The notes below the pieces were generated by a model. The model saw nothing but the letters and a program-made list of their open reading frames with translations. It was not told where the DNA came from and made no database searches. Below, piece after piece: positions 1-10,162 of a stretch of DNA of 64,000 bases. The DNA comes from an uncultured Bacteroidota bacterium (GTDB taxonomy: Bacteria > Bacteroidota > Bacteroidia > Bacteroidales > UBA12077): assembly GCA_913055635.1 (NCBI GenBank), contig CAJXLK010000003.1, positions 13,959 through 77,958 on the forward strand, given 5' to 3'. Made by a program: the position numbers and the translations under genes. Numbering within the stretch: the first letter of the stretch is position 1; every line of letters begins with the position of its first letter.

Positions 1-2800
1 TCCGTAACTTCCGTATGCCAATTCGGTCCATCCACTTTTGCGGAAGGGTATAGCCAAGGGTTAATGACTTTAGGCGAATAAACGAGCCATCCTCCACCTT
101 ATAGGAGGAAACCTTCTGTACATCGGGATTGGCATATTCAGCCCGGGGTACGTCGGTCTTGTCGCCCGGCTCTTTCCAGCGCCTCAAGACCCTTTTTTCC
201 ATGTTGTCGAAGAAATAGGCCTCCGAATAGGTGCGCACCCCGTTGTAGATGTTGTTGCCCTGGACGAACTGGAAAAAGGCATTGAGCTCAATGCCTTTGA
301 AAGAAAGGGCGTTGGTTAGCCCTCCCTCGTAGTTGGGGTTGGGGTTGCCAATGAAGGTGCGGTCGTCGTCGTTGATGAGCCCATCGTCATTGATGTCCTT
401 AAATTCCATGGCACCGGTCTGGGCATTGACCCCGGTGAATTTGAGTCCATAAAAAGCTCCGAAAGGACGACCTTCGGCATAACGGTTTGCAAAGCCCTGG
501 TCAATGGGTTCACCGCGGTAAAGCTTTTTGATTTTGGATTTGTTGAAGGCAATGTTGAAGTTGGTGCTCCAGCGAAGGCCGTTGTTCAAATCCAGGTTGA
601 GGGTGGTTAGGCCCAGCTCAAAACCTTTGTTTTGGCTTTTGCCGATGTTTTCGATGATCGAGGTATACCCGCTGATGGCAGGCAGGGGCCTGGATAGCAG
701 CAGGTCATCGGTGTTCTTGTTGTAATAGCTGGCTGTCAGATCGATCCGATCATCAAACAGGCCCAGGTTGATGCCCCCTTCCATGGTGGTGGTTTTTTCC
801 CAGCGCAATTCAGGATTGGCCAGTTGAGCGGGAGCTACAGCCGGATTGCCCAGGTAGTTGTAATCGGAGCCCCAGAGCCCAAGCGATCCGAAATTGGCAA
901 TTTCCTGGTTGCCGGTGGTGCCGTAACTGGCGCGGATTTTAAGTTCACTGATCAGGGAATTGCCCTTGAGGAAATCTTCCTCCGAGACGCGCCAGGCCAG
1001 GGAGGCAGCCGGGAAGGTCCCGTAACGGTAGTCGGCCCCAAACCGCGATGAACCATCAGCCCGAAGGCTGAACTGGGCCAGGTATTTCTTGTCGTAATCA
1101 TATTGCACCCGACCAAAATAGGATGCCAGCTTATTGGAAGTGGTCGAGGAGCTGCCCCCGTCGATATTGGCGGCCGAGGTGATCCACTTGAAGTCGTTGC
1201 TCGGGAAATTGATGGCTTCGACCAGGGAGTAGAACTCGTTGTTTTGCTCATAGCTGAAACCGCCCAGTACGGTGAAGCTGTGGCGATCCAGGGCAAATCG
1301 GTAGGTCAGGGTGTTTTCTATGCCGATGCGGTAAATGTTGGAGGTACCGGAAGTACCGTCGCCACGGCTGCCGCGGGCTATACCAATGTCGGTGGGCAGG
1401 AAGGAATCCTCCCGCAGGTTCATGATGTCGGCATTGATCGAAGTTTTAAACTTGAGGCCGGGGGTGAACTCGTATTCCCCAAAGAGGTTCCCGATGCTGC
1501 GGAAAGTCCGTACCGAGTGTTCGGGTTCCTTGCCCATGGCTACCGGATTCGGGTAAAGGGTGTTGGTGTTATAGGATCCGTCGTCGTTGTAGACGGGTTC
1601 AGTGGGTTCAACGGCAAAAGCATTGGCCAGAGGCGCGAAGATGTTGTTGTCGCCCCAGATGCGGCTGTTGTTTTCATTGGACAGCTGGATCCGGGTGCCC
1701 AGGGTCAGGCGGTCGGAACCTTTGATGTCGGTGTTGATGCGGGTGGTGAATTTTTCATAACCCGATCCGATCACAATGCCTTTCTGATCCATGTAACCGC
1801 CCGAGATGTAATAGGTAATATTCTCATTGCCTCCGCGCAGCGACAGCTGATAGTCGCTGATCGGGGCCCGTCGGGTAACTTCATTTTGCCAGTCGGTGTT
1901 GTATTCTACATCATCGGGGCTGCCTAAATATTCTTCGAAGCCATAGGTGTTGAAAAGGGCTTCGTTCATGGCCTCAACATATTGCCGGGAATTGAGCAGA
2001 TCACGCTTTTTGGCCATTTCCTGCCGGCCCGTTGAATAGTTGAAGTCTACCTGGGTTTTGCCTTCCGCGCCTTTTTTGGTGGTGATCAGTACCACACCAT
2101 TGGCTGCACGGGCCCCGTAAATGGAAGCATAGGAGGCATCCTTGAGCACTTCAATTGACTCAATATCAGCGGGGTTGATTGATGAGGTGGCATTCAGGTC
2201 CTGGTCGAAGGTCAGCTGCTGGGAATAATCCCCGGTGTTGATGGGTACCCCGTCGACGATGTACAGGGGCTGGTTGCTGGCATTGATCGATGAAGAACCA
2301 CGGATCCGCACCGATATACCGCCACCTGGGGTTCCGCTGTTTTGGGTGACCCGCACCCCTGCCATTTTGCCTTGAAGGGCCTGGTCAACGCCCGAAAGCG
2401 CTTTGTCTTCTATGTCCTGGGTCTCGATCGATTCAACCGAGCCAGTCATCAGTTTCTTGCTCTGAGAGCCGTAACCGACCACCACCACCTCTTCCATCTC
2501 CAGGGCTGCTTCCTGGAGTTCTACATTGATGCTCGTGCGCCCTTGTATGCGAACTTCCTCGGTGCGCTTGCCCACGAAGCTGAAAACCAGTACTTCGGCT
2601 TCAGATGGCACTTCCAGGGTATATTCGCCCTCCAAATCGGTGGAAGTACCAATCGTTGTCTGGCCTTTTACGACCACCGTAACGCCCGGAATGGGATCGC
2701 CGGTCTGTGCATCGGTGACCCGTCCCGTTACCTGCTGCTGGCCGTAAACCATGGCCACGGAAAGCCAGCTCAGCAGCATCCATAAAAATAGCTTTTTCAT
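1..2800 (-). CDS. SusC/RagA-family TonB-dependent outer-membrane receptor; C-terminal end runs off the window (not in supplied ORF track)
   Basis: Minus-strand reading from ATG (complement of 2798-2800) stays open to position 2. It gives MKKLFLWMLLSWLSVAMVYGQQQVTGRVTDAQTGDPIPGVTVVVKGQTTIGTSTDLEGEYTL (signal peptide plus carboxypeptidase-regulatory-like domain). This is followed by EEVVVVGYGSQSKK...IESIEVLKDASYASIYGARAANGVVLITTKKG (plug) and beta-barrel motifs through FIRLKSLTLGYTLP. The plus-strand ORFs listed here are antisense artefacts. Confidence 0.9.
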   Translation of the reverse strand, partial: MKKLFLWMLLSWLSVAMVYGQQQVTGRVTDAQTGDPIPGVTVVVKGQTTIGTSTDLEGEYTLEVPSEAEVLVFSFVGKRTEEVRIQGRTSINVELQEAALEMEEVVVVGYGSQSKKLMTGSVESIETQDIEDKALSGVDQALQGKMAGVRVTQNSGTPGGGISVRIRGSSSINASNQPLYIVDGVPINTGDYSQQLTFDQDLNATSSINPADIESIEVLKDASYASIYGARAANGVVLITTKKGAEGKTQVDFNYSTGRQEMAKKRDLLNSRQYVEAMNEALFNTYGFEEYLGSPDDVEYNTDWQNEVTRRAPISDYQLSLRGGNENITYYISGGYMDQKGIVIGSGYEKFTTRINTDIKGSDRLTLGTRIQLSNENNSRIWGDNNIFAPLANAFAVEPTEPVYNDDGSYNTNTLYPNPVAMGKEPEHSVRTFRSIGNLFGEYEFTPGLKFKTSINADIMNLREDSFLPTDIGIARGSRGDGTSGTSNIYRIGIENTLTYRFALDRHSFTVLGGFSYEQNNEFYSLVEAINFPSNDFKWITSAANIDGGSSSTTSNKLASYFGRVQYDYDKKYLAQFSLRADGSSRFGADYRYGTFPAASLAWRVSEEDFLKGNSLISELKIRASYGTTGNQEIANFGSLGLWGSDYNYLGNPAVAPAQLANPELRWEKTTTMEGGINLGLFDDRIDLTASYYNKNTDDLLLSRPLPAISGYTSIIENIGKSQNKGFELGLTTLNLDLNNGLRWSTNFNIAFNKSKIKKLYRGEPIDQGFANRYAEGRPFGAFYGLKFTGVNAQTGAMEFKDINDDGLINDDDRTFIGNPNPNYEGGLTNALSFKGIELNAFFQFVQGNNIYNGVRTYSEAYFFDNMEKRVLRRWKEPGDKTDVPRAEYANPDVQKVSSYKVEDGSFIRLKSLTLGYTLPQKWMDRIGIRKLR

Positions 2801-3183
2801 GCTCATTGGGTTTTTAGGGTTATACTTTGTCTGATGATCTCCACTTTCCGGATGTCTGGTGGATCAAACCGGTCATGCTTACGTGGACCATAAAGGAGGG
2901 GACTCCATTTTGGAAAGATCATTCGCCGGCCAAGATACAACCGGGAATTTCATTTGGGAAAAATACTATGCAGACCATTTGTTGATTGATGTGAATCGGT
3001 CAATTTTAGCGGTTCAGTTAATTTTACATCAAAAATCAACCAGTCTGCATAAAAATATTGGTTTTCAGGGTAGAATTTTTTGCTTTTGAATCCAAAAACC
3101 CCTAATTTGCATGTAGATTTTTTGCACAGTGGCAGAACTTTATGGAAATTTTACCCGTTAAACCCTAATGCTTGCCAAACAGC

Positions 3184-3277
3184 CATGACAAAATAATCAT
3201 GAATATCGCAAAACGAGGTGATTGTTTTGCCCTGGTAAGTTCCATATCAAATAAACATGGTTTAACCCTAACATGAA
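3184..3277 (+). promoter_or_regulatory. Copy A of a ~90-nt conserved intergenic element (second copy at 15344-15433)
   Basis: The core TGATTGTTTTGCCCTGGTAAGTTCCAT (3219-3245) matches TGATTGTTTGACCGTGGTAAGTTCGAT (15379-15405) at 23/27 positions. The flanking CATGAcAAAATAAtCATgAATAT... is also similar (about 29/41 by eye). The element ends in ACCCTAAC-ATGAA, like copy B, where that ATG is a real start codon. It lies 120-215 nt upstream of the LytTR regulator gene. Confidence 0.6.
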
Positions 3278-3399
3278 TTTTTTCACCCAAACCATTGATT
3301 GAAAAGTTGTAACTACAAACAGATGGTGCACCAAGCCTAAAAAAACCCATCGGGCACACTTCGGCTCGGTCCCATCCGCCCACTTTAATCCTTATCGCT

Positions 3400-4134
3400 A
3401 TGAACGGCATTACTTGTATGATCGTCGAAGACGATCCCGGAGCTCAGGAGAAGCTGGTTTTTTACATCAGTAAAATGCCCTTCCTGAGGCTCAAAAAGCG
3501 TTTCTTAAATGCCTGTCAGGCATACGCCTACCTCAAGGCCCATCCCGTTGACCTGGTTTTTCTGGATCTGATGATGGAGGAGTTTTCGGGGATTCAATTG
3601 CTCGAATCGTTAAATAATCCCCCGCATGTAATCATTACTTCCGGTTATGACAGCTATGCCCTTAAAGCTTATGAACTCAATGTTCAGGATTACCTGTTAA
3701 AGCCTTTTGGCTTTGAGCGTTTCGTCAGGGCCGTCAACCGGGTCTATGACCTGATGTTTCCCCCGGAAAACACCGACCAGGCCAGCCCCCAGGTCAACCA
3801 CATCAACACTGTGCGGGAATATTTTTTTGTGCGGCACAATTATAAGATGTTGAAGGTCTGTTTCTCTGATATCCAATACATCCAGGGGCTGAGCAATTAC
3901 CTGATCATAAAAACTGCCCGAGGTCCGGTTTTTACCCTGCAAGGCTTCAGCCAGATCGAGCGCCTGTTGCCCCCTGACCGGTTTCTTAGGGTTCACCGCT
4001 CCTATATCGTGGCCCTTGATCACATTGAGTACATCCAGAAAAATAAATTGAAGATAGGCGATCGCATGATTCCCATTGGCGAGAGTTATAAACAGTTTTT
4101 TATGAGCCACCTCAAAGACCACCATTTGATTTAA
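3400..4134 (+). CDS. LytR/AlgR-family response regulator (receiver + LytTR DNA-binding domain); no cognate histidine kinase adjacent
   Basis: N-terminal receiver: CMIVEDDPGAQEKL...DLVFLDLMMEEFSGIQLLE...VIITSGYDSYALKAYELNVQDYLLKPF. C-terminal LytTR-type region: LKVCFSDIQYIQGLSNYLIIKT...FLRVHRSYIVALDHI. Confidence 0.9.
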   Translation: MNGITCMIVEDDPGAQEKLVFYISKMPFLRLKKRFLNACQAYAYLKAHPVDLVFLDLMMEEFSGIQLLESLNNPPHVIITSGYDSYALKAYELNVQDYLLKPFGFERFVRAVNRVYDLMFPPENTDQASPQVNHINTVREYFFVRHNYKMLKVCFSDIQYIQGLSNYLIIKTARGPVFTLQGFSQIERLLPPDRFLRVHRSYIVALDHIEYIQKNKLKIGDRMIPIGESYKQFFMSHLKDHHLI

Positions 4135-4327
4135 AGCTTCATGTCCTTCTGGTTTTCAGCCGCCATCCTGATTCAAGGCTGAACCAGATTCATCATTCAC
4201 CCCGGTTTGGGTTTGAAACTGTTTCGAGGCGAACCCTGTTTGAGGGCTAACCGGGTTCAGTTGCCAACCTGGGTTAAGAACCTCTTTGGCTTATCGGCCT
4301 GAGCTTCTTGATCAAAAGAGCACCTTT

Positions 4328-4885
4328 TTACTCGGCGTTGAGTTTTTGGCTGGCCTGCTGGTAAAAAGAACTCTCGAAATCGGCTTCAGCGTAGCGATCT
4401 ACGATCTTTTGCCAGTATTCGTCGGCTTTTTCTTTATTTCCCAGGCTTTCGTGGACCAGGGCATAATACTTGAGCCGCATATCATGCGTTTTCCATGATT
4501 TGTCCAACTCGTCATAAATTTCCTTGGCCTTTTCAGGTGCTCCCCCTTCCAGATGGTCACGGGCCTGGATAAAGGCTTTGACAATCCGTAGGTTCTTCCG
4601 GATGTTCCGCAACAGAATGCCCTTATCCCGCTGGCTTTTGGCCCGGTTTAAAACCTGCCGCGCCCGCTCCAGGCTGTCGGCCATGAAAAGGGTCCACCCA
4701 TAATCATTGAGCAAAAGCGCATGATCGGGCTTTTCCTTCAACAGCTCCTGGTATATTTCCAGGGCGGCCTGGTAATTCCCGGCTTCTGAATAATCATAGG
4801 CCTTTTGATGCATCTTTTGGGTTCTGCCGCATCCTGAAAGGATGATGATGGCAAGTACAGCCAATATCCAGTAGTTGATCCTCAT
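4328..4885 (-). CDS. TPR-repeat lipoprotein
   Basis: The likely start is the internal Met MRINYWILAVLAIIILSGCG (lipobox LSGC), not the ORF-track start at 4999. TPR-like repeats follow: AGNYQAALEIYQELLKEKPDHALLLNDYGW, APEKAKEIYDEL, GNKEKADEYWQKIVD. Confidence 0.7.
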   Translation of the reverse strand: MRINYWILAVLAIIILSGCGRTQKMHQKAYDYSEAGNYQAALEIYQELLKEKPDHALLLNDYGWTLFMADSLERARQVLNRAKSQRDKGILLRNIRKNLRIVKAFIQARDHLEGGAPEKAKEIYDELDKSWKTHDMRLKYYALVHESLGNKEKADEYWQKIVDRYAEADFESSFYQQASQKLNAE

Positions 4886-5288
4886 AGTACATTGAAATTG
4901 GTGGACCATAAATATAAAGATTTTATCCCATTGTTGCAATATACCCCATGGTTGTAAAATGTCTTGCCCCCTCTGATAAATTGGCCCGGTTGCACCCATG
5001 GTTATTTATAATGAATTCAGACAAGGCCCGATCCCATATTTATCCGGGCCAAATGTTACAAATATGCTATATTTATCCTCCTGCAATGGTGGGGTTTAAT
5101 GGCCAAAGCCTTTCTTTTTGGCGGCGGATCCCTGGGCATAATGAGCCTGTGTGCATGAACCCGCCCTGCAGGCTCATACATTAAGGCGGGCCCCTTGACG
5201 GGTATAGTTGAAAATGATATTTTGACTTGCTTGTATAGAACCTGAGTAAGATGAATTGTCATTCAACCACATCAATGAATTTTGCTTT

Positions 5289-8200
5289 ATGCTCAAACAC
5301 ATAAGATTTATTTTTTCGCCCTGGATGATGGGCTTGCTTTTCGTGGTTTTTGCAGTGGCTATGGCCCTGGCCACTTTTATTGAGAATGAATACGGCGCCC
5401 AGGCTGCCCGGCAGTTGGTTTACAACACCAAATGGTTTGAGTTGATCTTTGTCTTGCTGGTGGTCAATTTTGCCGGGCAGATCTTTCGTTATAAATTGCA
5501 TAAACCCCGGAAACTGACCATTCTTGTTTTTCACCTGGCCTTCGTGGTCATTATCCTGGGAGCCGGAATAACCCGTTATTTTGGCTATGAAGGCATTCTT
5601 CATTTGGAAGAGGGCCAAACGAAGTCGACTTTTCAGACCCAGCAAAAATACCTGCAACTTGTTGTCAAGGGGGAAGAAGGCCAGAGGGTTTATGGCCACG
5701 ATCAAAAGTTTGTCATCACCTCGGTGAGTTCCGATGATTTTGACCGGCATTTTCAGGTCGGTGGCCAGACATACCGGCTGACCTACCAGGGTTATTTGCC
5801 CGGAGCCAGGCAAACGCTGGTGGAGGTGCCTGATGGCCAACCCATGGTTCAGGTAACGGCGAGCCGGGGAAGAGGCAACATGCGCAGTTTTGTCCTCTCG
5901 ACCGATGAGCAGTTCAGCTATAAAGGGCTTCAGGTGGGTTTTACAGAGAGCGATTCGCTGGATGTGCATTTTGATTACCATCGCGATTCTTTTTCTATCA
6001 CTGCCGGCAGTAAGATTTCCCGCTTCAGTATGGAATCCCGCCGGTCGGAGACTTTTCGTGCCGGAAGGGAGCTTCCCCTGCAACCGATGTATATCTATAA
6101 GGTGAAGGATTGGCGTTTGGTGGTGCGTAAGTTAACCTCCTCCGGTGCTGTTCGGGCCCGTAGTGCCGGCCGTTCCTCCCAGGGGCACAATCAGCGTTAT
6201 GCCTTGAAGTTTAAACTGGAAGGGGCCGGTTCCCCCAAAAAAATCTATGTATGGGGCGATCAGCAAGGATCGCGCCCTGCCGTGAGGAATCTGGGCCAAT
6301 ACCAGATCCGCCTCGATTATGGAAGAAAGAAGCGCGCTCTTCCTTTCCAGATTCGCCTGGATGATTTTATCCTGGAGCGCTATCCAGGCTCCAGCAGCCC
6401 TTCTTCCTACAAAAGCCGGGTAACCCTGATGGATCCCGATCAAGGGGTGAACCGATCCCATCAGATTTACATGAACCACATCCTTAAATACCAGGGATAC
6501 CGGTTTTATCAGTCATCCTATGACCAGGATGAAAAAGGCAGCGTACTTTCGGTGAACCATGACCCGGTGGGCATGCATGTCACCTATGCCGGTTATGGCC
6601 TGCTGTTTGTCTTTGTCCTGCTCGCTCTTGTGAATCGGTATTCCATGTTTCGGGTGGTCAAGGCCACACATTGGCGTGGACCGGTTAAGAAAGGCGCCGG
6701 TGTGTTGTTGATGCTGCTGGTCTTTTCCTGTGGAACCCTGGCCGGCCAGCAAAACCGACCGGGCAACAACGGGAAATTGGTGGTTGACCGGGAGCTGGCC
6801 CGGCGTTTTGGCAAGGTCCTGGTCCAGGACCGCCAGGGGCGTACTGAACCCCTGTATACCCTGAGCCATGATATCTTAAGGAAAGTGCACCGCACCAACG
6901 ACTTTAAAGGGCTTAGCTCCATGCAGGTGTTCCTGGGCCTGCATTTTGATTACCGGCAGTGGAAGGATGTGCCCCTGATCCGGGTCTCGCACAGCGGCAT
7001 CCGCGATATTATTGACGTTGAAGGCAAATACGCCGCCATCTCCGACCTGGTTGATATGCAGGGCAATACCTACCGGTTGCGGAAATATGTGCAAAAAGCC
7101 TATAACAAACCGGCCGGTGAAAGGAATAAGTTTGAAAAAGAAGTGATTAAGGTGGATGAAAGGGTCAATATCTGCTTTATGGTGATTTCCGGTGAGCTGT
7201 TCAAGATATTCCCCACCGGCGATTCCACCCATAAATGGGCCAAACCGGGTAAGGCAGCTTCATTGGTGGCCAACCCGAAGGATTCGGTTTTTGTGAACCA
7301 GGTGATGGGCCGCTTTCGGCGGGCTGTTATGCAGAGCAATGAGGCGGCTGCCCGTGGCCATGTCCGCTCCATACGCGATTATCAGCGACAGCATGCCGGT
7401 TATGCCCTGCCTTCAGAAGACAAGATAGAAGCCGAAGTGCTGTACTATCGTTCCAGGGTTTTTGAACGCCTGTTCCCTTTTTATGCGGGACTCGGGCTGA
7501 TCATGCTGATTATCCTTATGATGGATATTTTATCCGGCAAACGCAGATGGCCCGGTGTACTCAATGGGCTCACCCTTATCCTGGCCATGGGCTTTGTTGT
7601 CCACACGGGCGGATATATCCTCCGCTGGTACATCTCTGGCCATGCCCCGATGAGCAATGGGTATGAATCCATGATTTTTGTTTCCTGGGTCATCTTGCTG
7701 GGCGGTTTCCTGTTTGCCCGCCGGTCCAAAATGACACTGGCTGCGACTGCCATATTGGCGGCCCTCACCCTCATGGTGGCCCACCTTAGTTTTATGGACC
7801 CCCAAATTACCAACCTGATGCCCGTACTCAGGTCTTATTGGCTGACCCTCCACGTTTCAGTGATTACCAGTAGCTACGGCTTCCTGGGCATGGGCGCCAT
7901 CCTGGGCCTGATCATCCTGATCCTCTATGCCGTGGTCTCTCCCTCCCGCCATGACCGAATCATAGATAAAATATGCGAACTTACCGTTATCAATTATAAA
8001 GCCCTGACCATTGGCCTGTATCTGCTGACCATCGGAACATTCCTGGGGGCCATATGGGCCAATGAATCCTGGGGGCGCTACTGGGGCTGGGATCCCAAAG
8101 AAACCTGGTCGCTGATCACCATCATTGTCTATGGCTTTGTGATCCACTCCCGCAACATCCCCGGGTTTAAGAGCCTTTTTGCTTTTAATACCCTCTCGCT

Positions 8201-8384
8201 CTACGCTTTTTCTTCGGTGTTGATGACCTATTTCGGGGTCAATTATTACCTCTCCGGCCTGCATTCCTATGCCGGTGGCGAACCCGTGCCGGTGCCGGCT
8301 TTTGTATATGTAACGGTAGCCCTGGTGGTGGGGCTGACTATACTGGCTTACCGCAACCGGGCCAAACAGTTGAGGATCGCCTGA
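5289..8384 (+). CDS. ccsBA: System II cytochrome c biogenesis protein, fused ResB(CcsB)-CcsA type
   Basis: This is a 1,031-1,042 aa polytopic protein. The N-terminal part resembles ResB (FIENEYGAQAARQLVYNTKWFELIF...). The C-terminal part carries the Trp-rich heme-handling motif WANESWGRYWGWDPKETWSLIT typical of CcsA/ResC. The start is at 5289 (MLKHIRF...) or 5256. Confidence 0.85.
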   Translation: MLKHIRFIFSPWMMGLLFVVFAVAMALATFIENEYGAQAARQLVYNTKWFELIFVLLVVNFAGQIFRYKLHKPRKLTILVFHLAFVVIILGAGITRYFGYEGILHLEEGQTKSTFQTQQKYLQLVVKGEEGQRVYGHDQKFVITSVSSDDFDRHFQVGGQTYRLTYQGYLPGARQTLVEVPDGQPMVQVTASRGRGNMRSFVLSTDEQFSYKGLQVGFTESDSLDVHFDYHRDSFSITAGSKISRFSMESRRSETFRAGRELPLQPMYIYKVKDWRLVVRKLTSSGAVRARSAGRSSQGHNQRYALKFKLEGAGSPKKIYVWGDQQGSRPAVRNLGQYQIRLDYGRKKRALPFQIRLDDFILERYPGSSSPSSYKSRVTLMDPDQGVNRSHQIYMNHILKYQGYRFYQSSYDQDEKGSVLSVNHDPVGMHVTYAGYGLLFVFVLLALVNRYSMFRVVKATHWRGPVKKGAGVLLMLLVFSCGTLAGQQNRPGNNGKLVVDRELARRFGKVLVQDRQGRTEPLYTLSHDILRKVHRTNDFKGLSSMQVFLGLHFDYRQWKDVPLIRVSHSGIRDIIDVEGKYAAISDLVDMQGNTYRLRKYVQKAYNKPAGERNKFEKEVIKVDERVNICFMVISGELFKIFPTGDSTHKWAKPGKAASLVANPKDSVFVNQVMGRFRRAVMQSNEAAARGHVRSIRDYQRQHAGYALPSEDKIEAEVLYYRSRVFERLFPFYAGLGLIMLIILMMDILSGKRRWPGVLNGLTLILAMGFVVHTGGYILRWYISGHAPMSNGYESMIFVSWVILLGGFLFARRSKMTLAATAILAALTLMVAHLSFMDPQITNLMPVLRSYWLTLHVSVITSSYGFLGMGAILGLIILILYAVVSPSRHDRIIDKICELTVINYKALTIGLYLLTIGTFLGAIWANESWGRYWGWDPKETWSLITIIVYGFVIHSRNIPGFKSLFAFNTLSLYAFSSVLMTYFGVNYYLSGLHSYAGGEPVPVPAFVYVTVALVVGLTILAYRNRAKQLRIA

Positions 8385-8602
8385 AAATAGGTGTCAATTG
8401 AAGGGTTAAGTTTTTCTTAAGGGAGGATTTTATGTGATTCCTTGCAGGGCTGCTCAGGATTTTATAAATTTCACCGTTTTTATTTTTAGAGTCACATGGT
8501 CGTATATTCGGTATGAAGGGAACTGGAGGAATGAATCAGGGTGGTTTTCTCCAACCCTCCGGCAAACGGCCATTGGGCTGGCAATCTATCAAATAAATCG
8601 TC

Positions 8603-9571
8603 ATGGCAGAAAATAAAGAAATTGCTGTAGGCATTGATATTGGAGGAACCAACAGCCGGTATGGTGTGGTTTCTGAGTCTGGCGAAGTGTTGAAACATGA
8701 TCGGTTCCCGACCCGCTCCTATCCCAAGGCAGAGGGTTTTGTAAGGGCCATCAGCCGTAAAATAAAGGAAATCCTGGCCGAATTTGAGGGTTACACTTTT
8801 AAAGGCATTGGCATCGGCGCCCCCAACGGCAATTTTTTCCGCGGAACCATTGAGCAGGCGCCCAATTTGAACTGGGAAGGGGTCATTCCTTTTGTGGATC
8901 AGTTTAAGAAATATTTCAGCGAGCGGGTGGTTTTGACCAATGATGCCAATGCGGCAGCTATTGGAGAGATGATGTTTGGCGGGGCCCGGGTGATGAAGGA
9001 TTTTATTGTGATTACCCTGGGAACCGGTCTTGGTAGTGGTTTTGTGGTAAATGGCGATTTGGTTTACGGCCATGACGGATTTGCCGGCGAGTTGGGCCAT
9101 ACCTTTGTTTACCTCGATTCAGGCCGCAAGTGCGGTTGCGGAAGGCGCGGCTGCCTGGAAACCTACGCTTCGGCCCAGGGCATCAAAAGAACCGTGTTTG
9201 AACTGATGGCCGAAAATACCCAGATCAGCGAACTGCGTGATTTGAGCTATTCTCAAATGACTTCCGAGCACATCTATCATGCAGCCCAAAACGGTGACCG
9301 TATCGCCAAACAAGCTTTTGACATCACCGGACACTATCTGGGCATCAAGCTGGCCGATGCCGTGGTTCATACCAGCCCGGAAGCCATCTTTCTGTATGGA
9401 GGCCTGGCCAAAAGTGGCAATCTGATCCTTAATCCCACCATCAAGGCTTTTGATGACCACGTGATGAATATTTTCAAAGGCAAAGTTTCCATCCGTTCCT
9501 CCGAACTCAACGGCAAGCAGGGAGCCATCCTGGGAGCGGCAGCACTGGTTTGGAAGCGACGCAAATCCTAG
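8603..9571 (+). CDS. ROK-family sugar kinase (glucokinase-like)
   Basis: IAVGIDIGGTNSRYGVV (ATP-binding DxGGT). ROK zinc motif: GHTFVYLDSGRKCGCGRRGCLETYASAQG. There is no N-terminal HTH domain. Confidence 0.85.
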   Translation: MAENKEIAVGIDIGGTNSRYGVVSESGEVLKHDRFPTRSYPKAEGFVRAISRKIKEILAEFEGYTFKGIGIGAPNGNFFRGTIEQAPNLNWEGVIPFVDQFKKYFSERVVLTNDANAAAIGEMMFGGARVMKDFIVITLGTGLGSGFVVNGDLVYGHDGFAGELGHTFVYLDSGRKCGCGRRGCLETYASAQGIKRTVFELMAENTQISELRDLSYSQMTSEHIYHAAQNGDRIAKQAFDITGHYLGIKLADAVVHTSPEAIFLYGGLAKSGNLILNPTIKAFDDHVMNIFKGKVSIRSSELNGKQGAILGAAALVWKRRKS

Positions 9572-9680
9572 TACCGGGGCGAACGATTGGCAATTGGGTA
9601 AACCATTAGCACTGGCGCAAACCATTAACACTGGGACAAACTCGTGCGCCATAGAGGAAATTCAGCGCCCCTATAAAAAA

Positions 9681-9716
9681 CCGGCGCCTTCAGACCCTGG
9701 CGCCGGCCTTATTTTA
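9681..9716. terminator. Bidirectional intrinsic-terminator-like hairpin
   Basis: A perfect 8-bp GC stem CCGGCGCC (9681-9688) / GGCGCCGG (9699-9706) is flanked by AAAAAA on the left and CCTTATTTTA on the right. It lies between the end of the kinase gene and the decayed minus-strand genes. Confidence 0.55.
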
Positions 9717-9836
9717 AGCCCCCTGCGATAAGCCCGTTTCACCTCCCGTTGGCTGGCCTTCTTTATCCCCCCAGGCCTTGCCTTACAATGTACCCCGGAC
9801 CCTTTAAGTGGGCGGCGTTTCCCCTTCATGAACAGA

Positions 9837-10160
9837 TCACCCCGGCTGGCTTAATGATTTGCCAACCCCGGTCAGGAGCTTTTGGGTGGCCAAAATGCCT
9901 TGCTTTTCGCTGAGCCGGCTCCCTTCGTATTCTTTGCCAATGTATCCGTGATAATGGGCCTTGAGGACAATCCTTAATATGCGCCTGAAATCCATCGAGG
10001 TTTCATTGCCCTGTTCATCGAAGTCGTAGGTTTTAGCACGCACTCCCTTGGCATAGGGCATCAACTCCCGGATGCCCTTGTACCGGTCGTATTTTTCTCC
10101 CTCACGGATGGTAAAATTGCCGAAATCGGGCAGGGTACCGCAGTTGGGCATATCAATAGC
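9837..10160 (-). pseudogene. C-terminal fragment (~105 aa) of a xylose-isomerase-like TIM-barrel protein (sugar phosphate isomerase/epimerase family)
   Basis: IDMPNCGTLPDFGNFTIREGEKYDRYKGIRELMPYAKGVRAKTYDFDEQGNETSMDFRRILRIVLKAHYHGYIGKEYEGSRLSEKQGILATQKLL matches only the last third of this ~290-aa family. The frame is closed upstream and overlaps the end of the DUF1080 frame. Confidence 0.7.
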
Positions 10161-10162
10161 GC

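Noticed and set aside
1103-1927. 274-aa plus-strand ORF and neighbours listed for 300-2800
   Set aside because: The minus strand is open across the whole 1-2800 interval and translates to a textbook SusC/RagA receptor. The listed plus-strand ORFs are antisense artefacts. The real gene is missing from the track because it has no stop within the window.
3165-3410. 81-aa minus-strand ORF upstream of the LytTR gene (and the 86-aa ORF at 15017-15277)
   Set aside because: Both overlap non-coding repeat or conserved promoter elements, have no recognisable domains, and would start inside neighbouring regulatory regions. They are judged spurious.
5141-5177. 9-bp perfect inverted repeat ATGAGCCTG...CAGGCTCAT between the TPR gene and ccsBA
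   Set aside because: It sits between divergently transcribed genes, so it cannot be a terminator for either. It has a 19-nt loop and no U-tract. It could be an operator, but there is no second copy or supporting context.
9598-9640. 19-bp direct repeat AACCATTAGCACTGG / AACCATTAACACTGG downstream of the ROK glucokinase
   Set aside because: There are only two copies in a 3' untranslated region just before a terminator hairpin, with no associated gene or further occurrence seen in the window. That is too little to build a claim on.
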